Source: Gammaproteobacteria bacterium (GTDB taxonomy: Bacteria; Pseudomonadota; Gammaproteobacteria; UBA9339). From it: a stretch of 64,000 nucleotides of DNA. The notes under the pieces were generated by a model. The model saw only the letters and a list, made by a program, of their open reading frames with translations, made no database searches and was not told the DNA's origin. Numbering within the stretch: position 1 is the first letter of the stretch; every line of letters begins with the position of its first letter. Below, one piece after another: positions 8,818 to 17,733 of the stretch. The position numbers were made by a program, and so were the translations under genes. The stretch covers positions 3,378 to 67,377 of the forward strand of contig JAMCWR010000041.1 of assembly GCA_023480665.1 (NCBI GenBank), in the 5' to 3' direction.

Positions 8818-9969
8818 TTAATTCATATATTTTCGTAATGCGTACGCCAAAAGCGGATCAAGAACTCTAATCTGCCCAATCTGTGAATTTAAAATTGCAT
8901 TATCTTCATTCTTCACTTTATAGAGCATATCTTTTTCAAATAACACTTTCATTGCTTGATGCACGCTTGAATATGCAAGGCCAACATTTGTTAAAAACTG
9001 ATGTGCTGTTGGCTCAAGCACTGGCTGTTTTGCTACTGCTTTCAAAACCTCCCTCTGATTGCCTGTTAATTTTTCAATTTCTGCAATTAAGCGCCGCTCT
9101 TCTATCTCAAAACAATATTCCCACGCGTTTGTCACAGCATCAATATCCGGGGCAATATCAGCTTTCCATAATTCACTACAAAGAAAATTAACATAGAATG
9201 GATGCAACTCTGTATAGGTAATAATGCGCTCAAACACAGGGCGTGCTATTTTATCGCCCCATCTTTCAGTTGCAGCCTTTTGTATGAATGGCCAATAACT
9301 TTCTGATGACATTCTTTGTAACATTAACTTATCGCACATCATATATAGAGGAAGAGACTTGTTATCAAATAGCTCCAAAAGCAATCCTCTATTGCTGCCA
9401 GAAAAAACAAAAACAACATTCGATGATTCTTGAGCAACATGGCGAATAGCTCCTTGTATCGCTTTTGAGTTATTAGCATTGGCAATATCTTGGAATTCAT
9501 CGATAAAAAAAACAACTTGCTTTTGCTTTTCTTTTGCAAGCCGTGATAATGCTTGTAAAGAGGTAAATATTTGGTCGGTAGAATCAATAGCGCTGGCATG
9601 ATATGTTGCTTCAATATTGAAAGACCCTACGCTTAAGGTTACTTTGAAGTTTCGAAAAAATTTTTGCACTGATTCTAAAAATTTTTCACTTACTGGAATA
9701 ATTTGCGATACCACCTCAGCCACACCTTGAGTTATTCTTTTTGCAACAGCTGCTCCATCATGCGCTAAAAATAAATCAATTGAAGCAAATGGCATATTTA
9801 ATTCAGAAACAACTTTATGCATAAGGCTAGATTTACCATAGCGTCGTGGCGAAACCAGAACTGTTGGACGCATTTGCGTGATATTATCCTTTAACAAAAT
9901 TCGTTCTTTCTCACGGTTACAAAATTGTTCGCCAAGCGCTAATTTTAATGGAAAATAATTTTTTATCAT
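8818..9969 (-). CDS. AAA/STAND-type ATPase (Arch_ATPase-like) with C-terminal winged-helix-like region
   Basis: FCNREKERILL, then Walker A SPRRYGKSSL and Walker B VVFFIDEFQ. Confidence 0.7.
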   Translation of the reverse strand: MIKNYFPLKLALGEQFCNREKERILLKDNITQMRPTVLVSPRRYGKSSLMHKVVSELNMPFASIDLFLAHDGAAVAKRITQGVAEVVSQIIPVSEKFLESVQKFFRNFKVTLSVGSFNIEATYHASAIDSTDQIFTSLQALSRLAKEKQKQVVFFIDEFQDIANANNSKAIQGAIRHVAQESSNVVFVFSGSNRGLLLELFDNKSLPLYMMCDKLMLQRMSSESYWPFIQKAATERWGDKIARPVFERIITYTELHPFYVNFLCSELWKADIAPDIDAVTNAWEYCFEIEERRLIAEIEKLTGNQREVLKAVAKQPVLEPTAHQFLTNVGLAYSSVHQAMKVLFEKDMLYKVKNEDNAILNSQIGQIRVLDPLLAYALRKYMN

Positions 9970-10079
9970 AAAATCCTCATGTTACGAATTCAATATCAAT
10001 ATATCATATAATATGATGTATAACAATAGATACATATCAATTGAATAATGAGGTTTTAAAAGCGAAAGATTTTAAAACG

Positions 10080-10727
10080 CTATCGTTTATGATCCCCTAA
10101 TTTAGGAAAAGGCATTGCTGATAGATTGGATTCGTCGTCTTCAGAGGCAGAAGCTGCAGCCGCTTTACTTGATTGCATTGCAGCGCTTGAACCACTGCTA
10201 ATTGACCCATGGCTGCCATTTGAGCTTGCGTTTGGATTAGTTCGTGCAGCACTAAATAATGCTGCGCTTGGTTGTGAAGAAAAGACACGATACGATTGGC
10301 CGCCAGATTGCGGATGATGAGAATGATGATGGTGATGATGGTGATGGTGCTCATGATGCTGAACAGGATGTAAAGGAGGTGTGGCAACAGCAGCAAAAGA
10401 TATTGCCGAATGCTGTTCCTGATGTTCTTGAGCACGTTTAACCCTAGCCAATTCATTGACATATACCAGCAGCTCTCGCTTTTGTTGTTGAGTTAGACGG
10501 TTTATCATCTCTTCAAATCCATCAGGTAGCTGCGACGGCCTCCGTGCAGATCCATATAATCTCTCAGTTAACTCACGATCTTGTTTTTCAAACTCATCAT
10601 GCAGCTTTGCTCGTTCCGCCTCTACCTCTTTCGAATCTTTTCGTTCTTTTTTACCTTTTTCTTCTGATGCTGTTGATTGTGCCGATGGTGTTGATAATGA
10701 TGATGGTGCTGATGCTTTTGCTGACAT
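10080..10727 (-). CDS. Hypothetical low-complexity protein with Ser-rich ends, coiled-coil and His tract
   Basis: Long ORF with HHEHHHHHHHHHSHH and the charged helical segment KKERKDSKEVEAERAKLHDEFEKQDRELTERL. No recognisable domain. Confidence 0.5.
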   Translation of the reverse strand: MSAKASAPSSLSTPSAQSTASEEKGKKERKDSKEVEAERAKLHDEFEKQDRELTERLYGSARRPSQLPDGFEEMINRLTQQQKRELLVYVNELARVKRAQEHQEQHSAISFAAVATPPLHPVQHHEHHHHHHHHHSHHPQSGGQSYRVFSSQPSAALFSAARTNPNASSNGSHGSISSGSSAAMQSSKAAAASASEDDESNLSAMPFPKLGDHKR

Positions 10728-10806
10728 TTTTTTCTCCTCTTGATGTTTTTATTTTTATTTTATTTTTATTTTAAATAGTTAAAGAACTAATTTACCATTT
10801 TTATTA

Positions 10807-11694
10807 TTAACTGGAAAATGCTAATGCTCTCGGTCGATGTGGAATCTGTTGCCTATTAGAAATTAATTCATCAAATTGCTGCATGAATAAATTTAAACTG
10901 AGTAGTTGAGCCGGAAGACGGTTGCTGAGATCATAAAAAATACCCCTAATTTTAGCATTCTCTGCAATCGCCTTGTTTCGCGATGCTTCAAGCTTATATA
11001 ACTCCTTTTGCAGCATTTCGATTTCCCGTTCTATCCTTGAAATTTCCTGAGCATTTGCCAGTAATCGTTCCAAAGTTGGAATTGTTCTTGTTGTTCTTAT
11101 TCTAAGTATTATCGAATACTGCTCAGCACTTCCAAGTAATTCTTCAACCCTTGTGCTTGCATGATCTTTTGCATAAGCAGCTTTTACTTCAGCAAAAATT
11201 CCTTGAATTTTTTTTGGAAAAGTTTCTTTACACTCAAAAATATGCCTTTTTAAGTCTTGCTCCAACCGCTTTTCATCTCTAAAAAAACTTGCATAATGCA
11301 TATCTGGAATATTGCGGTCTCTTTTTTCATCTTTGTCTTTTTTTTCTTGCATTTTTAAACTTAAGTTTCGCCGCGTGTCATTAATACCCTGGTATAGTTT
11401 AAATTCATCAGAATGACTCTCTTGAAATTTGCGTTCTGTTGCAACAATTTCTTTTTCGGTAACTGCTTTTCTTTTTTGAAGTTCATCCAAAAAAACTTGC
11501 GTACGCTCAATATCCTTCTCATCATAAGGTAGCCCATAGAATGTTGAACACAGAACCAAAAAATCATCGTCACCGATAGATTTAAAATACGTCACCCATG
11601 AACTTGGTTCCAGTATCTGCGATAAGAGCTTTTCATAATCAGCTGTCGATGCTGAACCAGATTTAAGCATTTGCAAATTTATCGCTGCACTCAT
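10807..11694 (-). CDS. Hypothetical coiled-coil protein
   Basis: 295-aa ORF with heptad-like charged regions (EISRIEREIEMLQKELYKLEASRNKAIAEN). No recognisable domain. Confidence 0.55.
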   Translation of the reverse strand: MSAAINLQMLKSGSASTADYEKLLSQILEPSSWVTYFKSIGDDDFLVLCSTFYGLPYDEKDIERTQVFLDELQKRKAVTEKEIVATERKFQESHSDEFKLYQGINDTRRNLSLKMQEKKDKDEKRDRNIPDMHYASFFRDEKRLEQDLKRHIFECKETFPKKIQGIFAEVKAAYAKDHASTRVEELLGSAEQYSIILRIRTTRTIPTLERLLANAQEISRIEREIEMLQKELYKLEASRNKAIAENAKIRGIFYDLSNRLPAQLLSLNLFMQQFDELISNRQQIPHRPRALAFSS

Positions 11695-11746
11695 GTATAT
11701 CTTATCTCCAAAAAATTTTTATCTACCGCCGCCTAAACCAGACGCG

Positions 11747-12358
11747 TTAGGGATGCAAGGATGGAAGAAAATGTGCTGCAGGAGCAGCATTTGTTGTTGC
11801 AGCCGCGCTATTTGAACTTGCAGCTGAACTGCTTGAATCTAGCACACTGCCACTATTTAAGCTTGCGCTTAGAATAGGTGCTACACCTCTAAACAATGTC
11901 GCGCTTATTCGTAAACCACTACGTAAAACAAGCGGCCCTTTCTTGCCCCCATTTTTCTTATCCCCAGAGACTACAGCCCCCGGTCGATGTTGGTGAAGCA
12001 GCCTGTTTCTGCTTGATAATGATGGCAATGAATTTGGCGCAATCAAATCAATTGGCGGTAAACTTTCAACTCTATTTGCGCCATCTGCTGCTTTTGAACG
12101 CGAAACTGGCCCAGACTCATCATTTTCAATAACACCAGGAATCAAACCTGGGATTGGTGGTAAACTTTCGACTCTTCTGCTTACAGTTTTTACATCCGTT
12201 TTTGCATTATTTTCCATCGGTCTTTTTTGTTCCAAAGGCCATGGGCAGCGATTTAAATGCCCTTCGGTTTTTCTATCTAATTCTGCTAATATCTCAGCAG
12301 GAGTTTTTTTATGCTCCGCAACTTTTCGCTCTGTTTTTCTATCAAGTGTTGTCGACAT
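11747..12358 (-). CDS. Hypothetical disordered protein with RVESLPPI repeat
   Basis: 203-aa ORF. The motif (S/N)RVESLPPI occurs twice and the C-terminus is Ser/Ala-rich. Confidence 0.45.
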   Translation of the reverse strand: MSTTLDRKTERKVAEHKKTPAEILAELDRKTEGHLNRCPWPLEQKRPMENNAKTDVKTVSRRVESLPPIPGLIPGVIENDESGPVSRSKAADGANRVESLPPIDLIAPNSLPSLSSRNRLLHQHRPGAVVSGDKKNGGKKGPLVLRSGLRISATLFRGVAPILSASLNSGSVLDSSSSAASSNSAAATTNAAPAAHFLPSLHP

Positions 12359-12493
12359 TTTTCCTCTCTTTTATGTTTAGCTTAAAAAAATTACCAGGTT
12401 AAAATTTTTTTATAAAGTATAGACCGTGATTATTATGCTAACATTAAGTGGTTAGGAAATTATTTGACGAAAAATGTATATTTTTTCAATAAA

Positions 12494-13573
12494 TTATACA
12501 GAGGAAGCGAGCTTTTCCGCAACAAGCTGACCACAAGCTGCAGCAATATCGCTGCCACGAGACTTGCGGGTAATTGTGTTGATACCTGATGCTAATAACA
12601 CATCGCGAAAGGCGTCAATTGTCGACTGTGTAGAAGATTTGTAACTGCTGCCTGAAATAAAATTACCTGGAATTAAATTTACTTTGAAATATGCACCTCG
12701 TAGCAATTTTGCAAGCTCATGCGCATGCGAAACTGAATCATTAATGCCATCAAGCATAATATACTCAATTGTTGCAGCGCGCTTTGGCTCATCTTTAAAA
12801 TATATTTTTGCGGCCGATATCAACTCTGCAATCGGATACTTTTTATTGATCGGCATTAATTTATTTCTTAATTTGTCATTAGACGCATGCAGAGAGATGG
12901 CAAGCGAAACTTTACTAACCTCTTTCAAACGCAAAATTTCAGGCGTAATTCCACAGGTGCTAACTGTTACACGAAATTTTGAAAGACCATATGCATTATT
13001 ATCCAGCATAATTTCAGCTGCTTTAACTACATTTGCAAAATTAAGCAGTGGCTCACCCATCCCCATAAAAACCACATTAGTTATTACATGATGGCGTGAA
13101 GTTTTATCTGGGGAGAGTTCGCGATTCGCAACCCAGAGTTGCCCAATAATTTCAGACAAAGTTAAATTGCGTTTATAGCCTAATTTACCTGTGGCACAAA
13201 AATCGCAATTGACCTGACAACCAACCTGAGATGAAACACATAATGTGCCGCGATCTGCCTCAGGAATCAACACAGTTTCAATATAATTATTATCAGCTAA
13301 CTTTAACAGCCACTTTCTTGTGCCATCTTTTGAAACTAAAGTTGCAGCGATTTCTGGCAAACGCACTTCAGTGTTATCAAGCAAGTGCTGCCTGAGAGCT
13401 AAGCTTAAATTTGTCATTGTAGCAAAATCAGTTTGGCCAAGCTGATGCACCCATTTAAACACTTGAGTACCACGAAATGATTTTTCACCAAGATCGGCGA
13501 AAAATTTTTCTAATTCACTCCGGCTAAATTCCAGAAGATTTATTTTTGTAGTGTTAATATTAGTTGGCTGCAT
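12494..13573 (-). CDS. rlmN: 23S rRNA/tRNA (adenine-C2)-methyltransferase RlmN (radical SAM)
   Basis: INLLEFSRSELEKFFADLGEKSFRGTQVFKW plus the radical-SAM cluster CQVNCDFCATG and C-terminal GSDIAAACGQL. Start set at ATG 13573 by alignment with the recalled E. coli N-terminus. Confidence 0.9.
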   Translation of the reverse strand: MQPTNINTTKINLLEFSRSELEKFFADLGEKSFRGTQVFKWVHQLGQTDFATMTNLSLALRQHLLDNTEVRLPEIAATLVSKDGTRKWLLKLADNNYIETVLIPEADRGTLCVSSQVGCQVNCDFCATGKLGYKRNLTLSEIIGQLWVANRELSPDKTSRHHVITNVVFMGMGEPLLNFANVVKAAEIMLDNNAYGLSKFRVTVSTCGITPEILRLKEVSKVSLAISLHASNDKLRNKLMPINKKYPIAELISAAKIYFKDEPKRAATIEYIMLDGINDSVSHAHELAKLLRGAYFKVNLIPGNFISGSSYKSSTQSTIDAFRDVLLASGINTITRKSRGSDIAAACGQLVAEKLASSV

Positions 13574-13686
13574 ATTTTTATAATTATAGCACTTTTCTAA
13601 AATTTCCAACTAAAATAGGTTTTATTGAATACTTTAAAAAAATAACCCGACCTACAACACTGCTAAAACATAGATAGTTAGCAATT

Positions 13687-14100
13687 TTAGCTCGCAAATC
13701 CGAAGGATTTTTTTAGGCTATCAGGAAAACATGGCCTCCCTGTTGCCGTAGCAACACAAGTACCGATATTTTGCGCGGCTACAACAATCTTATTATCAGC
13801 TTTACGAATTACCTCATGCGCAAAAACTATCCTGATTCTTCCAAGTGGTTCGATTTTAGAAGTAACTAAGTACTGATCGCCATCTCGCAATGAAGATTTA
13901 AAATCAATTTCTGACCGCACTAACAATAAATCATAACCACTGCGATGAAATTCACTAAAATCAACACCTAATTGTTTAAGATGTTTATGCCTTGCATGTG
14001 CCATGTAGATAAAATAATTAGCGTTGTTAACGATGCCTTGTATATCAACTTCGTTATCACGCACCTCATCTTCATGCACAAAAATCTGAGCTTGATCCAT
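13687..14100 (-). CDS. Acyl-CoA thioesterase, YbgC/4HBT hot-dog family
   Basis: VRDNEVDIQGIVNNANYFIYMAHARHKHL fits the 4HBT pattern (D..G.V.N..Y). Start moved to ATG 14100 to avoid overlap with ndk. Confidence 0.7.
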   Translation of the reverse strand: MDQAQIFVHEDEVRDNEVDIQGIVNNANYFIYMAHARHKHLKQLGVDFSEFHRSGYDLLLVRSEIDFKSSLRDGDQYLVTSKIEPLGRIRIVFAHEVIRKADNKIVVAAQNIGTCVATATGRPCFPDSLKKSFGFAS

Positions 14101-14104
14101 AATT

Positions 14105-14530
14105 TTACCTTGAAAAAATTTCACTTAGAGCAAAGAAAAAGCTAATTTCAAATTTTGCTGTTTCAGGAGCATCTGAACCATGCACCGCATTTGCATCAAT
14201 CGAGCTCGCAAAATCTGCGCGGATTGTTCCAAGCGCTGCTTTTTTCGGGTCGGTCGCTCCCATAATTTCGCGGTTTTTCAAAATTGCATTTTCGCCTTCG
14301 AGCACCTGAATCATTACTGGGCCTGAAGTCATAAATTTTACTAAGTCTTGATAAAATGGACGCCCACGATGTACTGCATAAAAATCTTCGGCCTGTTTTT
14401 GAGATAAATGCTGCATTTTTGCGGCGATAACTTTTAAACCTGCGTGCTCAAATCTCTCGTAAATCTTGCCAATAACATTTTTTGCCACTGCATCTGGTTT
14501 AATAATTGATAAGGTTCGTTCAACTGTCAT
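14105..14530 (-). CDS. ndk: Nucleoside diphosphate kinase
   Basis: [12 protein letters not shown]...[13 protein letters not shown]...NAVHGSD are Ndk motifs, including the catalytic His. Confidence 0.95.
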   Translation of the reverse strand: MTVERTLSIIKPDAVAKNVIGKIYERFEHAGLKVIAAKMQHLSQKQAEDFYAVHRGRPFYQDLVKFMTSGPVMIQVLEGENAILKNREIMGATDPKKAALGTIRADFASSIDANAVHGSDAPETAKFEISFFFALSEIFSR

Positions 14531-14657
14531 AAATTCTCCGGTTATCTTTAAAAAGTTAAAATATTTCTCAACTAATTGATTATATAAACTTTAATTATTT
14601 TAATATTTTCATTGCGTGCGAATTATACGACGCCAAGCAAAACCTTTCAAATCTCAA

Positions 14658-14686
14658 TTGACGACCGGGCATAACTTCTTTAAAAT
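14658..14686 (+). promoter_or_regulatory. Candidate sigma70 promoter for the tRNA-Ala/tRNA-Glu unit
   Basis: TTGACG (14658-14663), 17-nt spacer, TAAAAT (14681-14686), followed by a CCGC discriminator-like sequence. About 48 nt upstream of tRNA-Ala. Confidence 0.5.
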
Positions 14687-14734
14687 CCGCTGTCCATTTG
14701 ATTATTGATATATGCGCCATTTTTAAGTTATTCT

Positions 14735-14810
14735 GGGGCTATAGCTCAGCTGGGAGAGCACTTGCATGGCATGCAAGGGGTCAGCGGTTCGATCCCGCTT
14801 AGCTCCACCA
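14735..14810 (+). tRNA. tRNA-Ala (anticodon GGC)
   Basis: GGGGCTATAGCTCAGCTGGGAGAGC..CTTGC-ATGGCAT-GCAAG..GGTTCGATCCCGCTTAGCTCCACCA. Nearly identical to E. coli tRNA-Ala(GGC) as recalled. Confidence 0.95.
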
Positions 14811-15007
14811 AAAAAGCAATTAATAATTAATAATTAACAATGAATAGTAGATGAATTAACTCTTTTATTATGATTATGACTATTATTTAGTTTAGTTATT
14901 ACTTATTAATTTAAAATTATTATTTGTTTGATTGTTAATTATTGTTAGTATTATTGTTGGTGTTAATTTTAGTTTTATTATTCGTTTGATTATTAATTGC
15001 CTTAAAC

Positions 15008-15083
15008 GTCCCCATCGTCTAGAGGCCTAGGACATCGCCCTTTCACGGCGGTAACATGGGTTCGACTCCCATTGGGGACGCCA
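15008..15083 (+). tRNA. tRNA-Glu (anticodon TTC)
   Basis: GTCCCCATCGTCTAGAGGCCTAGGACATCGCC-CTTTCAC-GGCGG...GGTTCGACTCCCATTGGGGACGCCA. Confidence 0.95.
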
Positions 15084-15291
15084 ATTCAAAATGCTGATGA
15101 CAGAGGATTTTCATATTGTTGTGTTAGATTGTTTTTTAAAATCCTTCATATGCTCATGTATTTTTTTCCAAGTGTAAATTAAACCTATAATGGCTCCTAA
15201 CGAAACAATCGATAATATGACTATGACAGCGCTAATTATTGCCCGGTTCATATTTTTTACCGGTTTTTGTTATCGAGATGAAATTTCAAAC

Positions 15292-16344
15292 TTATTTTCG
15301 AGACGTAATTTTTTTGTTTTTTAGCAATTTTTTTATCTCGCGGTCAAAATCTGATTCTACCATGCGGTCGCGAATAACCCGATATTTTTCGTATTCACTT
15401 TCTGCTAAAGCAAGCGCTACTTCGTGGCTAATTTTGCCACTATTGTACAAAACGTCTTTTTCGTTGAATTGCAAAAAAGCGTTTAACTTTTTAATCCAGT
15501 CTTTCATATACATTAAGATTCCTTTTTGTGCCTGCATTTCTGCATAGTCGAGATACATGGTTACAATCCGGTTTAGACTATCTAGCTCTTTTTTGTTTAA
15601 GTAATTTTTAGCAATTCCCACATCGAATTTTCTTATTGCGCCATTTGGTGCGTTCTTCCAAGTAGTCAAACCCATATTCAGTTTTTTACTGCCAACTCGC
15701 TGGTAAATAATTTCTGCAGCAGTTTGACCAGATATTGCATAATGAAGTTTATTCTGTACTGTCGCAAAAAACTGTTTAGTAATTTCTGTATTAGAATCAT
15801 AGTCGGCGCTACATTGTGAATAAATATCAGTAATTTTTTGATAGAATCTGCGCTCGCTACTTCGAATATCCCTAATGCGTTCCAGCTGCTCTTCAAAATA
15901 ATCTTTACCAAAAATATTATTTGGATTTTTGAGACGATCGTCGTCCATGGCAAAACCTTTTATGACGTACTCTTTTAGCACTTGAGTGGCCCAGATGCGA
16001 AAATGGGTGGCTTGGGTAGAATTCACTCGGTAACCAACTGAAATGATGGCGTCTAAATTATAGAATTCTGTATTTCTCGTTACAGTTCGTTGTCCTTCTG
16101 TTTGAACTTGTGCAAAAATTGCACAAGTTGCGTTTTTGCTTAGTTCACCTTCCAGGTAAATATTTTGAAGATGCTTGGTAATAACGCTTCGATCTGCATT
16201 AAAAAGTTCGGCAATTCTTGCTTGGGTTAGCCATATATCCTCATGGTGCAAAAATATCTCTACCTTGACTTTACCATTCGGTGTTGTATAAAGTAAAAAC
16301 TCTGTGAAACCGCTTTGGGGGATGATCTGATTGTTGTTTTTCAT
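15292..16344 (-). CDS. rhuM: RhuM-family virulence-associated protein
   Basis: VKVEIFLHHEDIWLTQARIAELFNADRSVITKHLQNIY...YNLDAIISVGYRVNS..ATHFRIWATQVLKEYVIKGF matches the RhuM family pattern as recalled. Confidence 0.8.
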   Translation of the reverse strand: MKNNNQIIPQSGFTEFLLYTTPNGKVKVEIFLHHEDIWLTQARIAELFNADRSVITKHLQNIYLEGELSKNATCAIFAQVQTEGQRTVTRNTEFYNLDAIISVGYRVNSTQATHFRIWATQVLKEYVIKGFAMDDDRLKNPNNIFGKDYFEEQLERIRDIRSSERRFYQKITDIYSQCSADYDSNTEITKQFFATVQNKLHYAISGQTAAEIIYQRVGSKKLNMGLTTWKNAPNGAIRKFDVGIAKNYLNKKELDSLNRIVTMYLDYAEMQAQKGILMYMKDWIKKLNAFLQFNEKDVLYNSGKISHEVALALAESEYEKYRVIRDRMVESDFDREIKKLLKNKKITSRK

Positions 16345-16458
16345 AATATTAAACCTCGATAGCGCAATTAATTTGAGCTGCTTATAAAACAGCTATTATT
16401 TATCTACCCTTAGGTCTCAATGTTAAATCTGAAGGCACAAAAAGTCTCCAACGAGTAA

Positions 16459-16866
16459 TTAATTTTTTCCAGGAGAAGCCAGATCAAGTTAAGAATAACC
16501 TTGTTTGATTTTTTTCTTGCATAAAGCCAGCAACTCCTTTTCTTCAGGAAAACCTAGTTCTAACAGATAACCTAGTCGTTTGTATACCGCACTACTGTGC
16601 ATTTTTTCCGCATAGTCAACCAACAAACGAATGTTTTTTTCTTTAGAATGAAAATAATTTCTTAGAAAGTCGTAAGTCAAACGAATACCGCCAGCCATAG
16701 CTGGATCATTTAAACAATCGACGATTGTTTTTGTAACATCTGATATTTCAATTTTTGTTCTACCAGCACAAATTGGTTTAGTACCAACGATGTAACATGG
16801 CTTAAAAATCTCTCCAGCCACACTTAGCAAATGAAGCAAGAATAATAGCTGCTTTTTTTGCATCAA
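16459..16866 (-). pseudogene. AbiEi-type (type IV TA antitoxin / COG5340-like) regulator fragment with in-frame stops
   Basis: DPAMAGGIRLTYDFL...YAEKMHSSAVYKRLGYLLEL...KKKIKQGYS* continues in frame as LDLASPGKN*. This matches the family pattern GGI...KRLGYLLE...GY..LDP. The N-terminal HTH part is missing and no AbiEii gene follows. Confidence 0.5.
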
Positions 16867-17033
16867 CCTGCATATTTTTCATGCTATATATTTTATCCCT
16901 TAGTTACACCTTGAATCAATTAAAAGAATAAAACATATAGTTAACTGGGTTTTAATGATGTTAGACAATCTAGGGTAAATTATTTCCGTGTTAAAAATAA
17001 AAATTATTCAAAATCAAGAAGCGCAAAGATAAT

Positions 17034-17618
17034 TCATTTGCCTATTAACTGTTCTGGGGTATGTACTGCAAAAGGATCCTGATCTTTTGAACAGACATAA
17101 TAGAACGGAGGCTGGTCATACGAGATTCCCATAATTGCATCATTATAAGTAAAACAAATACGAACAAATAACTCTGTTTGTGTTTCACTTACGGGATCAA
17201 AAAAACCTTCATTTAACGTAACAATCTCTCCCGAAATAATAGGGTTGCTTGATTCTGATGGTTGTTTTATATGTTTCAAGTCTTTTCCGGAAGAACCCTG
17301 TGAAACAGTTACTTTTAACTTATGCAATGGATTTTTTCCTATATTTTTAAAAGCAAAATAAGGATACCAGTGCTGTTCTCCATTTTGTGTTACTTCTTTC
17401 TGTTTAGCTTCTGCATATCCAATGAACGGTCGTTGCGATTTTTCATAACGATCACGATTATCTTGATTAGCCTGTTGTGCAGCTCTTGCGCTCTTGCGTG
17501 CATACATAGCAGCTGCAAATGAAACAATTAATGCAAATATAGATTCCAAATGATCAATAAAATATTTCATAGCTGTCATTATTATAGAGTATATTAAATA
17601 GTAGTACTTTTCTATCAT
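17034..17618 (-). CDS. Hypothetical membrane-anchored protein
   Basis: 194-aa ORF. One N-terminal TM (IFALIVSFAAAMYA) is followed by a beta-rich soluble part. The start is ambiguous (ATGs at 17618, 17579, 17570). Confidence 0.45.
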   Translation of the reverse strand: MIEKYYYLIYSIIMTAMKYFIDHLESIFALIVSFAAAMYARKSARAAQQANQDNRDRYEKSQRPFIGYAEAKQKEVTQNGEQHWYPYFAFKNIGKNPLHKLKVTVSQGSSGKDLKHIKQPSESSNPIISGEIVTLNEGFFDPVSETQTELFVRICFTYNDAIMGISYDQPPFYYVCSKDQDPFAVHTPEQLIGK

Positions 17619-17733
17619 GCATGCATAATAACACCATAAATAAAAATCAGCTATTATAAAGCTATTTTAAGACCGGCAAAATCATATGCAATCAATTGCA
17701 TTTGTAGCAAAATAGGACGTATCCGTAATAAGC

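Noticed and set aside
10097-10774. Overlapping ORFs (10097-10462 minus, 10126-10317, 10259-10441 and 10544-10774 plus) around the His-tract gene
   Set aside because: These are alternative frames of the same low-complexity DNA. The 215-aa frame 10080-10727 is the longest and is colinear with its neighbours. None of the others has independent support.
12684-13091. 135-aa plus-strand ORF, and similar ones at 33608-34015, 35012-35380, 46560-47036, 50201-50560 and 51027-51545
   Set aside because: Each lies entirely antisense within a strongly conserved gene (rlmN, pgeF, degP, murA, mlaF, kdsD). They have no recognisable motifs and are typical shadow ORFs.
15084-15300. Search for an integrase or an att direct repeat of the tRNA-Glu 3' end delimiting the island
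   Set aside because: No integrase-like ORF occurs anywhere from 15 to 27 kb. I could not find a second copy of the tRNA 3' segment (GGTTCGACTCCCATTGGGGACGCCA) by eye. The island call therefore rests on gene content only.
15239-15547. 102-aa plus-strand ORF, and 15678-15953 minus, overlapping rhuM
   Set aside because: These are antisense or alternative-frame ORFs inside the well-supported RhuM-family gene.
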